DNA from: Octopus vulgaris
Lineage: Eukaryota
Direction of reading: 5' to 3'
Assembly: GCA_951406725.2 (NCBI GenBank)
Contig: OX597818.1
Location: forward strand, 80,662,001 to 80,726,000
Length of the DNA: 64,000 nt
Part shown: positions 50,913 through 62,970 of the stretch, in pieces
How the letters are laid out: every line of letters starts with the position of its first letter
Numbering within the stretch: the first letter of the stretch is position 1
Position numbers and translations under genes: made by a program
Notes under the pieces: generated by a model
What the model saw: the letters and a program-made list of their open reading frames with translations, nothing else
Databases searched by the model: none
Told to the model about the DNA's origin: nothing

Positions 50913-52741
50913 ATATGTTATAGGTTTGTCTTCACTGCTGGCCGGAATGTAACTTTGCTACAGAGTAAATCTATTGAAATAATATAAATTTCAATGGACA
51001 CCAATCCTTCTTACTCAGATTCGTAACATTATTGAAATTCCTCCCTGCCTACTTTTGGGGTATAGGATGTCTTGGCAAAGCTATTTTGACACCATCTATC
51101 ACTAATTCGATGTTGACTTACTTGACATCAGACTTTTTAATGTTTCTTTTGTTCTCCCCCCACCACCTCTCTCTGTGTATATGAGTATATTTTTCTATTT
51201 ATGTGTATGATGAGTGAGAAAATGTTTTTGTCAATTGACCCAAGCCAGCATGGACAATGGACCTTAAATAATGATGATGTGCAATTAATAAACTGTAAAG
51301 CCTGTCTCTTCCTGTCTGTTTGTCACTGTCTTTCTTTTTCTCACTCATGCCTGTATTTCTATATTTCTGCATGTCCATATGTATGTGTATATTTGCTTCC
51401 AGTCCCATAAAGTAGTAAAAAAAAAAAAGTAAAGTACCTTCCCAAATCACATAAACTCATAGGACCAGTTTCCATGGTGTATGAATTTCCCACCTGAATG
51501 GGACGCCGGTCCGTTGCAAGTTTACTCATTTTTGCCAGCTGAGTGGACTGGAGTAACATAAAATGAAGTCTTTTGCTCAAGAACACAACACGTCGCCCAG
51601 TCCAGAAACTGAAACCATAATCTTACAATCGTGAGTCGAACACCCTAACCACTCACCTCCACCTAGTGCCATAAGGTACTGGTGCTAAAACATGTTCTGT
51701 GTCCATTCAATCATCCCAAATCACCAGTATCTAAACAGCTGCATCCAATCGTACCATTTTATTAAATAAAAATCGAATCACAAAGGTCCATCCTCAAACA
51801 ACATTTACTTCACCAGTTTGGGAAGACGTGCAGTAGTCATTGTTGCTGACCATTATTCTTTGACCAGAAGCATTTATTAAATATTATCACTACCACTACC
51901 ACAGAACAATCAAAGGAATTGTTGCTCGGCCTACATGAAATAGCAACCAAATCTCCCTTAAATCACATTCCCAGTCATTTTCAATGAAGAAAATAGTCAC
52001 ATTGGCTAATATGGTGTAATTCTTGAAAAAACAATATGGGCATGGCTGGAATACCTTTGATTGTAAATCTGCCCGATTGTGGCTGACCAAGGGCTAATAA
52101 AATATTCCACCACCACCAGCGCCACCATATTCATCACATCGTATTGTCGTTACCACCATCACTATCATTACTAAGGCCATAATATAGTACCACTACCAGC
52201 ATTACCAAGACTACTACCACCATCGCCACTTCTACTATTACTGAAACCATATTTGCACCACTACCAGCAACACCCAAACTACCCAACACCCAAATACCCC
52301 TGTCATCACTACTACTGTCTCGCTTACGCACAGCCTTGACATCCCTTTTATCAACACAGCTGACAGCATCTGTCCTGACATCAACATATATGGACACATA
52401 TTCTGTCCCCACCCCCAGGGGTATTATTTCTATCAAGATATGTGTACAATGTAACAAGATATCTCATCCTACCTTATTCAGTGCAATGATGTTGGCGATG
52501 GGGGAGGTTGGGTTCGAATGACAATGAGAGTTAATTACATATCTCTCCACTCTCTGCTTGAATCTTATTGTTTTACTTTGTCTATCAACAGTGGTTCTCA
52601 CTCTGACAAATGCCACCGCCAACAACAACGCACAAAAAATATTTGTGAAATACTTTACACCTCCCTACACCCACTTTCTTATTTCTATAAACACAAAATG
52701 GAGTCTACACCCTTATAATTATTCTTTCTTTGCCATTGTTT

Positions 52742-53030
52742 GTACTGGACGAGTTTAACAAGTTTAAACATGGCAATTTGGCCAACCACTTTTCTATTCC
52801 CACAGACCCCAAAAAGGATGGTAATGCCATTTCTTATGAGAAATACTGCTCTATACGATATATCAAACATGGGCAAACTTTTCCGAGAAACGGGCAACAT
52901 GAGACATGACTCATCGTCAGGCGGGTCGCACTGCAAAAAATATTCAAGACAGTTTTTCCTTAAGCGTGTCAGTGCTATTGAAAAAGTCCCGCGGACCTCA
53001 GCTTACCCATGACTGCGATATATGTAGGCT
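52742..53030 (+). pseudogene. Possible decayed C2H2 zinc-finger array
   Basis: Finger-like pieces in shifting frames: FKHGNLANHFSIPT, MGKLFRETGNMRH, HCKKYSRQF, HDCDIC; no intact CxxC...HxxxH. Confidence 0.3.
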
Positions 53031-54864
53031 TGAGAGCGATGGTGGTCGTTTTCGTTGTAATAATGGCAGTGACGGTGATTGGGGTGGCGGGTACTGAGTT
53101 GTTGAGTATCAACCAGAACAGCTATTATAGAGTAGACTTTGCAATCAAGGACATTCCACATATGACCACCATCGCATCCCATCTTTGTGTATATCAGAGA
53201 TATTTCATTGTCTGATGTACCCTCGTCCTGGCGCTAGCATGGGTTTGAGAACAAGGAGTGCAAGCAGATCTAAAAGTTTTGAGGGGTGCAAAAATCAAAA
53301 TTTGCACCCTCTACTTACTTTTCTCAGGTTTAGAAAACAATAAGTAAAAAGTGATTTGCAAAAAGTTGCTTGAAGTTAGGTTTCTTCTCAAAGAATAAAG
53401 AACAAAGATAAATTTTAAAAAAACGAGACTTTTGTATGTAAAAAGTTTTTGACCTGAGTTTCCACCCACTACGCAAATTTTGTTCCCCAGCCAGTAGGCG
53501 CTAGGGTGAACTGTGATTGTCATGGTGATAGTAATGATTACAAAGATAGTGACAGACTTGATTAAAGATTCGTGGTTAAATTGGAGTTGGGAGTCCCTCA
53601 AGCCATCGAGTTGTTACCTGCTCCTAGGACACCCTCTCCGCTCCTTGACAGAAAATCTATTAGTGGGAACAGGGGCACAAAGTTTCTTTAGTTCCCCACC
53701 ACCTTCCTTTCTGTGAATGCTATTTTTTTCATATCGTTTATCTTTTACTTGTTGCATTAATTGGACTTCGGCCAAGTTGGAGCACCGCCTTGAAGGATTT
53801 AGTCTAACAAATCGACCCCAGTACTTATTTTTTTAAAAGCCTGATACTTATTCTGTAGGCTTCTTTTTCCGAACCGATAAGTTATGGGGACGTAAACAAA
53901 CTTACACTGGTTGTCAGGCGGTGGTGGGGAACAAACAACAACACAAAGATGCACATTCACCACACATATACATACATATATGCGACGGGCTTCTTTCAGT
54001 TTCCGTTTTTGAAACCCAGTCACAAGACATCGATCAGTTCAGGGTATAGTAGAAGACATATGCCTAGTGTCGCATAGTGGAACGGAACCCAGCAAGAATT
54101 ATATGTTTACATCATAAAAAATACAAAGGGTTGCTTTGGTATAATGGTAAAACATCTGCAATTTCAACAAAAGGTGTGGCTTCGACTTTCCCCATCCAAA
54201 GTGGTACTTTGAGTTCCACCGCTAAAAACGATATATAAAATTATTAAGTGGAAAAAAAAAACAAATTACTCAATATATATTTGAGAAAACAAAGAAACAA
54301 ATCAGCTTCGTTTAAAACTACAATTGCAAAATGATACTGTGAAAAGATAGAATTTTTTTGTAAATATCTTTTTAGGGTGAATGCAGCTTATAAATAATGG
54401 CTACTGGATAATGAATGATTTAAAAATAAATATATATATTTGAACGGAAAATGGCTGCAGCTGTTCGGACGTTCAGAAAGAAACATTCTAAAATGATAAA
54501 TTGTGAAGAAAACCTTTAAACGATCCAATATTTTACGATTTTGATATTCATTTTCGTGGCATTGAACTCTCTCCGTGCTATTTCTTGTGCAGAAAGAAGT
54601 GTGAAATTTCTACAATGGCGACATTCTGGTCAATTATTATTGCATTTGTTGATTGTTCCTTTTTCAAGATCTCTAATAATTTCCAGGTTATAGGATGAAA
54701 TGTTTGTCTTTGAATTTCCTTTCCATTATTAATGAAATGCAACGTAAAACAATTTCTTAGCGTTTAAAAATATAACACTTCAAATAAAGTTTAGCCATAT
54801 ATTTATTCTGTAGTCAAAAATTTTTTAATAATGTACAGACAGCTGCACATTCGCTAAGAAGCTT

Positions 54865-55507
54865 GGATCTTTACCTTCTGACCGACAGATTTAAAAAAAT
54901 AATTTTTTGTAATTAAACACTTTCAGACTTCGGACACTGGTAGAATGGGACATATATAACATCTTTTACTCTTAGCGTTTTTGAGAAAAGCTTATATTTA
55001 GGAAGTTATTTCACGTTAAAGTATTTCGGTAATTTCAACCAATCAATGACGTGTATTCAGCTGAATAAAATTACTGCTGTTGTTTGTCAACAACAACATC
55101 CGGCGGTGTATATTTCGTTTGTCACTGTTATTTATAACAACCCTAACACCCTAACCCTAAAACCCTAACTCTAAAACCCTAACCCTAAAACCTTAAAGCT
55201 AAAACCAGTACAAACGCACGAACGATGTCATAAATAACAGTGACAAACGAAAAATACACAGCCGATAGTTGTTGTTGACAAACAACGGCAGTAATTTTAT
55301 TCGGCTGAATACATGTCATTGATTGGTTGAAATTACCGAAATACTACAACTTTAGCGTGAAATGACTTCCTAAATATAAGCTTTTTTCAAAAACGCTAAG
55401 AGTAAAAGATGTTTTATATGACACATTCGACCAGTGTCCGAAGTTTGAAAGTGTTTAGTTACAAAAAAATTATTTTTTAAAATCTGTCGGTCTAAAGGTA
55501 AAGATCC
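54865..55507. mobile_element. Complete foldback MITE: ~275-bp TIRs, (CCCTAA)-like core, 8-bp TSD
   Basis: TSD agaagctt at 54857-54864 and 55508-55515; GGATCTTTACC...GGTAAAGATCC termini; removing it restores the SINE head taagaagcttgcttcc. Confidence 0.95.
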
Positions 55508-56530
55508 AGAAGCTTGCTTCCTAACCGTGTGGTCTTGGGATCAGTTTCACCGCACTGCACCTCGGAAAGTTGCTTCTATTATAGTCCTGTGATGACCAAA
55601 ACCTTGTGAGTGGTCTTATAGATGAAAGCTGAGAGAAGCTCATCATGTGTGTGTGTGTGTGTGTACACATGTCTTGAAATCAGGTAACATTTCAAGTTGT
55701 AAACTAGTCTTCCATGAAAAATATCTTTCCACTGGGAAATATTACCTTGCTTGGAAACAGGTGAAGTCCGCTTGACAAGAAGAGCATCCGGCCATAGAAA
55801 ATCTGCATCCACAAATTCAGTTTGTCTCATATGCAAAGCGTGAAAAAATGAACAGTAAAACAAAGGGGATGCTGGTGACGTAACTATTCCGCGGATGTAA
55901 ACTTAGGACACTGTTTAACGATGTATTTACTTGGCAGATAATAGGCCTGATGAATTTACTGCCGATACGTTCGCTCGTGATGATGCAATTATCTTTCAAT
56001 AAAATTAAGAGTCAATGAAATTATAAGCGGTGTGTCTGCCGCGATGTAATTAACTGCGATGAATTTACTGCACTTCAAATTAACTTAGTTATCGATTATG
56101 AAACCCGAATTTCTTCCAACCACTTGAAATATTTCAAATCTGAATATTTTCAAGAAGTGTGATTTGAATGTAGTTTTGCATGCTGATGAAGAAAATCACG
56201 TTCATATTTCCATTTCCTAGAAATCAATAATTAAGAAGTTATAAGCATTTAAAATTATATAGTCTTAGTGAATGGGAAGGGGAAAGCCTTCATTGCTGCT
56301 CACATAGCAGGCATTGTTGTCATAGCAACAACAGTTTATCGTTGTTTACCCATGTGTTGATAGTCCACGTGTTTCTCACTCCGATTCCTTTCATTAATTT
56401 TTTTTTTCATTTGAAGTTTGTATTTCATTTCATTTCATTTCAAAACTAGTTCCTCAACAGGATATTTTGGGAACCCTCAACTAATGCTGGACTGAGTTGG
56501 ATGGCGTGCGTGAGTTAAAAAAAGTTCGAG

Positions 56531-56851
56531 CAGCCTCGACCAAATGATGATGATAAAATCCTTTTTAAAAAGATTTCTCATTCAATCCGTAAATAAAAAA
56601 GAAAAAGAAAAAAGCATTCGTGGCTCCGTAATGTTTTCTTTTTGGTTTTCTTTACACATGGGTATACATTTATAAAGTGGAGTTGTCATGTTAGTAGAGA
56701 TTTATCACAGGCTAAAATTACATATCTTTAAATGCTTGCAACTTCTTTATTATTAATAAATTTCTAGACAAAAATTAATGCGATTTTCGTTGTCAGCCTC
56801 GACCAAATGATGATTATAAAATCCTTTTTAAAAAGATTTCTCATTCAATCC
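56531..56851. repeat. 58-bp direct repeat pair (56531-56588, 56794-56851)
   Basis: cagcctcgaccaaatgatgat(g/t)ataaaatcctttttaaaaagatttctcattcaatcc, 1 mismatch. Confidence 0.9.
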
Positions 56852-57231
56852 TTAAATGGTAGAAAATTTGAAAACAATCAGGTGAAAGTTTGAAATACTC
56901 TCTAACGTAGCTAGAGGGGGATGTGAGGGGGGGGCTGTTCTTCCCGGTCGGCAATGTTTTTCGTGGGGGCCCGGGTGAAGCAAACTGAAGGGCCGCCCCG
57001 GGTGGTACCACACTCCAATGCTTGTGGAAATATTTCAAGCAGTTGGAAGAAATGTAACGAAATTCACACTAACTGGTATTTTGTTGATTTTATTTAATTT
57101 CTATATTTATTTCAATTTTTTACCCTGTACCGGCGAAGTACTAAACGCTCTCATTAGTTTCTTCTCTCCACCTAGGTAGACCTATGAAACACTACCCGCT
57201 TTCATACCAATGATTATCTATTTACATAAAC

Positions 57232-57585
57232 CAGTGGTTCTCAACTAGGGTCTATATGGCTCCTGGGGGGGGGTCCCATATAAGATTTTTAGGGGTCCGC
57301 ACAAGCAAAATAGTAAATTGGGACTACAATACTACTTTATAGGTTCATGAAAAAAAATTTGCTTCAGATGTATTTAATTATTTATCGCAAGAAACAGCTA
57401 AGTTTCTTTCTCTGATGTTTTATATAGTTCAACCTATACAGGTGAATGTGATAAACAAAATAAGAATTTTGAAAGAATTATCTACTAAATTGGTTTTTGA
57501 ACAAGGAATAGTTATGAAGGACCACCAGAATAAAACAGTAATCAAAGGGGTCTGTTCGTAAAAAAAAAATGGTTCAGGACCACTG
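57232..57585. mobile_element. hAT/Charlie-type MITE with perfect 8-bp TSD
   Basis: acataaac|CAGTGGTTCTCAAC ... GGTTCAGGACCACTG|acataaac. Confidence 0.92.
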
Positions 57586-57597
57586 ACATAAACGAAG

Positions 57598-58330
57598 AGT
57601 CGTTGTGTAGCGTTAGTAGGTGTATTCGGTCTGCATTCATTATCTTGCAACCATAGCGCGGGTTCCGATTTCCCGGCACGCTGCTTTGAAGGGCATAATT
57701 AGAAGAGGCCTCGACACGATTGGCTTCCCATCTCAGCTGGAGTATGTAGGTCTTGATTGCGGGGACGGTAAGTGCCCCAACGAAATAACCTTCTTTCCAT
57801 GCGAGGGAGGCTGATCCCTAGTTTGAAACGCGACGTGCAGTGACTCGTTCTCCGGCTGCAACCTTGCTGCGTCGGCTGCAAACCCGGGGTGTCTCAGCCC
57901 GCAACGCGTCGGAGAGAAAAATTTATAAATACAGAGGCCTGCTTGGCCGGCCTCTATCGATTTGCGCCGCTTCCCGGCGAGACATCAGATGTTCTCGGAG
58001 CCCGTACTACCGATTTCCTCCGCGAAATCGGGTTATCGGTAGCCCATCAGAGAAATGGGTCCTGTGAGGGGAGTGACTTCTGCAGCGAGTGTCACTGGCC
58101 ATTCTCTGCGGCAACGCCACCTCAGTTTTTACCGCGGGCTTCAGCCGAGCACATCATTTGTTCTGGGATGTGTGACCCATTGTCCCTCTTCTCTATCTTC
58201 TGCTGCTTTAACTCTCCTCTTTTTGTTCCTTATTTCTCTTTCTTTTCTTTTTTCTTTCACTTCTGCTTTTTTAATCCTTTTTTTTACCCCCGTTTCTTTG
58301 TATTTCATTGATGTATTAATCAGTGAAAAG
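57598..58330 (+). pseudogene. CRE-clade-like non-LTR retrotransposon 3' end (zinc knuckle plus REL endonuclease), frameshifted
   Basis: GLHSLSC..SAG / RHAALKGIIRRGL..IGFPSQLE..GLDCGDGKCPNEIT / ERKIYKY / FAPL..ETSDVLG..T.DFLREIG / SLAILCGNA fit the CRE-type RPDG...ETxG...QRxSxAxxRGNA layout. Confidence 0.75.
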
Positions 58331-58779
58331 ATTAAAACCAGCTACTGCTTGGGCGAGAAGACTCTTGCCTACGTACCTACGTACGTACGTACGTACGTAC
58401 GTACATACATACATACATACATATTTATATATAGACATATATTCCACCTTATCACACAGGGGTATTATTTCCATCAAGATGTATCTATAATGCAGTGTAA
58501 CGAGATACTTTATCGTACCTTTTATAGTTAGTTATGGGGTTGATGTTGTCGGTGGTGGAGAGATTCGAGTGACGATGGTTTCGAATGACAAAAGGCAACG
58601 ACATCTTTCATAGCCAGTTGTTTTACTATGTCTAAATCATACTCGCACCAGCGCAGAGAGAGAGAGAGGGAGAGCAAGTATAGTGTTTGACTGGTCAAAC
58701 ATAAGACTGACATTTAAAAAAGGTTTTTAACCAACACCTCTTTTCCTGTTGTCTATTATTGTTCTTCATATTGTTATCA

Positions 58780-58990
58780 CTAGGCGACGAGCACGTCGGG
58801 CGAAACGCTTAGCAGCATTTCGTCCGTCCTTATGTCCTGAGTTCAAATTCCGCCGAGGTCGACTTTGCCTTTCATCCTCTCGGAGATCGATAAATCAAGT
58901 GTCAGTGAAATTACTGGGATCGATGTAATCGAAAAGTCTCCTCCCACAAAATTTCGTACCTCGTGTCTATAGTAGAAAGGATTATTATTA
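58780..58990 (+). mobile_element. Family B SINE, CpG-retaining
   Basis: gagttcaaattccgccgaggtcgactttgcctttcatcc. Confidence 0.85.
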
Positions 58991-59149
58991 TTGATGCTTT
59001 GGCTCTGTTACTATACCAGAAGAGCGAACCATATCAAATAGCCAAAGGTCCTTTGGATCAGCCTTTCAACTTTCTAACACCTTCCTTAGAAACCGCGTTG
59101 TTCTTAGCAAGACTGTTAACGGGGCAAAAAAGCTCCTGCTGTGATGCTA

Positions 59150-59201
<52 letters not shown>

Positions 59202-59418
59202 ATTATTTGTTTTCATCGTCACTGTCGATTTTCTGCTCATTTTCATTTTTTTTTTCTTTTTCGAGGATCGCCTTTCACGGAACCAGATCTGGTTTCAAGG
59301 TTAGGTTTATATGTTTGTATGTGTACATAGAGGAACAGTGACAAGCGGTGTGTGTGAATGTGTGAAAGCTTGAGTATGTACATCTCTTTGCAACTTTTCT
59401 CTCTCTCAACACCTTTCA

Positions 59419-59491
<73 letters not shown>

Positions 59492-60179
59492 CTATATCTC
59501 TATATCTCTCTCTCTCTCTCTCTCTCTCCATATATATATATATATATATATATAAAATACGCGCGTGCACAATATAAGTAGTATCTCGTAAAAATTACTC
59601 TCTTGAGATTTTTAAGCTTTATTTATTATTCTTTTTATTTTTTTCATTAGGCAAGATGTGTTTGTGACAGATGGGCTCTGATGTGCATGTGTATGACAGA
59701 TGGGTATGGGTTCTGATGCGTTAAAAAGATAACATTCCACTATGGTTTGCAAGTAAAAATACAAAGCAGAGAGAAAATAAAGTCGTTATATCACATATGG
59801 CAATACATATGGGCACACTTGCACATGCGTACTGTGAAAATATATGCATGTGCATAATGATACATCTGTGTGTGCCTATATAGGAAAGTATTTGCGTGTG
59901 TGTGAGGGTGGGTGGATTAAGTGTGTAGGAAAAAGGTGAGAGTGCTCAGTATACGAGTATGTCAAAGAGCTTATATATTCGTGAAGAATATGTGTGTATA
60001 CATACACACATCCTCAGCAACATCGTTTTAACATGAACTCCTCCATGTTTATATGTGTGTGAAAAAGAAAACGGAGAAATTGACATATAGACATCAATTT
60101 ATTAGAACATAATACAATTCTGAAAAATATCAAACTTAATTTCACCTATAATTGTTTCCATGCCCAATTAATATATATC

Positions 60180-60219
<40 letters not shown>

Positions 60220-60243
60220 TACATACATACATACATACTATGA

Positions 60244-60410
60244 TAGATCGCTAGCCACTATACATTCTTTATTTTCTCTCCTTGTTCCTTTCTGTGGAAG
60301 AGCGTAGGCTCGAAACGTTAAAGACTTTTTCACTTCCCGAGCGTTATACTAATACATCTGTTTGTCTACACCACCTGTCTTCGTCTTTTGTTTTTTTGTG
60401 AATTCTCCCT
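60244..60410 (+). mobile_element. Short element with hammerhead-like motif, copy 3 (best preserved)
   Basis: cttt-CTGTGGA-A-GAGC-gtag-GCTC-GAAA-CG-TT-aaag at 60288-60323; flanked by (TACA)n and (TA)n. Confidence 0.65.
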
Positions 60411-60749
60411 ATATATATATACACACACACTCACATATATACATATACACAACACACATACATATATATAGTGAGAGAGAGAATTGTATAAAGTACAGTT
60501 ATACTAAAGGGCTCAGAAGCTACCATGCCCATATGCTGAAAGTAGACATCAAATATGTCCAAACATTGCAGATATTCACTCCACACACACACATAGGTTG
60601 AAAGTGGGAAAGTAGACTGACTAAAAATTCATAAAATAATTCAGATAGTTTTGGATTGATCAATTTCTGGATTAGTTTGATAACTTTTCATTCATCCGCA
60701 AAACATACTGAGCAAAATAAATGAAAATATTTATAACTTTTAACTTCCC

Positions 60750-61180
60750 CGACCCATCATTGCTGGCCCTGCTTGTGAAACCCATCATTTGAGCAATTTC
60801 CTTGACATCTTACTCAAACCGTTTCTAAAATATGTGAAAGGCTTCATCAGGGATGACTTAGACATGCTTATCCATCTCCCAAAGACAATAAATGAAAGAA
60901 CCCTGTTGGTATCATTTGCAGTGGTGAACCTGTACACCTATATCCCACACGATTATGGCATAGAAGCAATCACCTTCTGGCTAGAAAAATATCTAGAAGA
61001 TATCCCAAGATGCATCAACCACAGATTCATAATCACAGCACTGAAATTCATCCTACTGAACAACTATTTCTTGTTCGATACAGTCTACTATTGACAAAAA
61101 TGTTGAATTGCAAGGGGAGCCCAAGCTGCCCCAGTGATTGCGAACCTTGTAATGGGTTACCCCGAACTTAAAATATACCA
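60750..61180 (+). pseudogene. Penelope-like element reverse transcriptase fragment
   Basis: RPIIAGP...LSNFLDILLKP...FIRD...LVSFAVVNLYTYIPH...ILLNNYFLF...Y*QKC*IARG..AAPVIANLVMG, typical PLE RT motifs with two in-frame stops. Confidence 0.9.
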
Positions 61181-62291
61181 ATTATCACTATTTATCACTA
61201 ATTATCAAGATATCAAGTAGTGATGCAGTACAACCATTTCAAGTGGCTCCATTTAATTGAACAATGCAATCATTACATCAATTTAAATGTAGTGCCATCT
61301 TCAGCTGCACAAATAAATAAATGGAATTTTAACAAGTAATTTTTCTTAAATGTTTTAACAGAGCAAGAAGATGGAAGAAATTCATGTTGTCGCTATCGTA
61401 GTTAAGAATAGACTACAACTTCTAAGAATCACATGGAGCATAGTGGGGTCATCGGGTTGTAATTCATTTCTAATTCATTTATCTCATTTATCTACTACTA
61501 AATCTAAGACTAGATGACTGTGTCTATTTTAAATAAAACAGGAGTGAGTTGACAGTTCATGGCTAGGTATATATATATATATGCACATACATACAGCATT
61601 TAAGAGGCTGAGTGTACAAATCACCTTCCCTGAACAAGATGCCAGTTCTATTGCAGGGTTATGTGTGGCTGAATGGTTAAGTTCTCTTCACACATAAGTT
61701 TTTGGGTTCAATCCCCTGTGTTGCATCTTGGGTCAAGGTCTTTTGCCACAGCCTCTTGTGAGTCAAACGAAGAGAATGGAAACTATGTGGAAGCCTGATA
61801 GATGGATTGTACATGTAATTCGAAAGGTATGAGCTTGTCTCACATTGTCATACTCATTCTGTGTAGGACTTACATTAAGGGTACCTACATGTGTCTGTAA
61901 AATACTCAGCCACTGACACATAACGTTTGTCAAATAATTAGAAGACTCTTGTTCAAAACCAATGGAGATCCAGGTATGTGCAGGTGTGTGTCTTTTTAAG
62001 CTAAATCACATGCCATAAATCAGGCAGGGGCATCCTTTTTCAAGAACTGGGCCCCATGAGACATGGCTCACTATCAGATGGGATGCACTGCTACAAAAAA
62101 ATTCATGTTAATTTTTCATTAGGTGTGCCATTCAGAAAGTCCTACAGGTTATACTTTGTCTATGACTGTTTTTAATCTTGGCTTTTTATTTCTACAACAT
62201 CTGCATGTTTATTTTTTTTTATTTGGGTGGTGGTGGTGATGGTGGGGCTACATTTCTTTTTTTTTTATGTTTTCATGTTTTCCCTCCTTAC

Positions 62292-62386
62292 CTTCTGTTT
62301 TGTTTACTTGGTTGTCCAGTCTTATAGGGTTCTGTCCAAAGTTCATTGATTCTGCTGTAGCAACTTCACTGGAATATAATTGCAGC
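62292..62386 (-). CDS. Candidate 95-nt internal exon (LQLYSSEVATAESMNFGQNPIRLDNQVNKTE)
   Basis: Acceptor tgtttgtttag|, strong donor AAG|gtaagg, single open frame, non-repeat sequence. Confidence 0.4.
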
Positions 62387-62604
62387 CTAAACAAACATTC
62401 CGTTTGTTGATATGCTGACAATTTCAAAGCTAACAAAACTGAACTCAAGAAATCATATTGAAGTAAGAATAGTAAATAAAGCTAATCTTTTGTGTAAATA
62501 TAAAAAACAAAATCCATACAACAAATATAATTTTGTCAAGGTATATAATAGGTTTGGGGAAATGGAAAGAATTCCTTAATGATGCAAATAATATTGGTTC
62601 AAGG

Positions 62605-62970
62605 AAAGTTGGCAAGCTGGAAGAAACGTTAGCACGCCGGGCAAAATGCTTAGCAGTATTTCATCTGTCTTATGTTCCGAGTTCAAATTCCACCGAGGTC
62701 AACTTTGCCTTTCATCCTTTCGGGATCGATAAATACCAGTTGCGTATTGGGGGCGATCTAATCGACTGCCCCCCCCCCACCTCCCCCAAAATTTCGGGCA
62801 TTGTGCCTAGAGTAGAAAAGAATATTGGTTTATGGAAATTTTGGCACAAAGCCGGCAATTTCAAAGGAGAGTGTAAGTCGATTACATCGACCCCCCAGTT
62901 CTCAACTGGTACTTATTTTCTCAACCCTGAAAGGATGAAAGGCAAAGTCAGCCTCGGTTGAATTTAAATT
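62605..62970. mobile_element. Two family B SINEs tail-to-tail
   Basis: Plus copy 62605-62825, minus copy 62825-62970. Confidence 0.8.

Noticed and set aside
51122-51172. Minus-strand micro-exon with GTAAGT donor
   Set aside because: Weak acceptor, low complexity, and not phase-compatible with the 62.3-kb candidate
52455-52530. Fibrinogen-like DGGGW motif (CNDVGDGGGWVRM)
   Set aside because: Preceded by an in-frame stop, lacks other FReD motifs, and is not kept in the paralogous segment at 58.5 kb
55140-55200. True telomere or chromosome-fusion scar
   Set aside because: Short degenerate tract enclosed by transposon TIRs and a TSD
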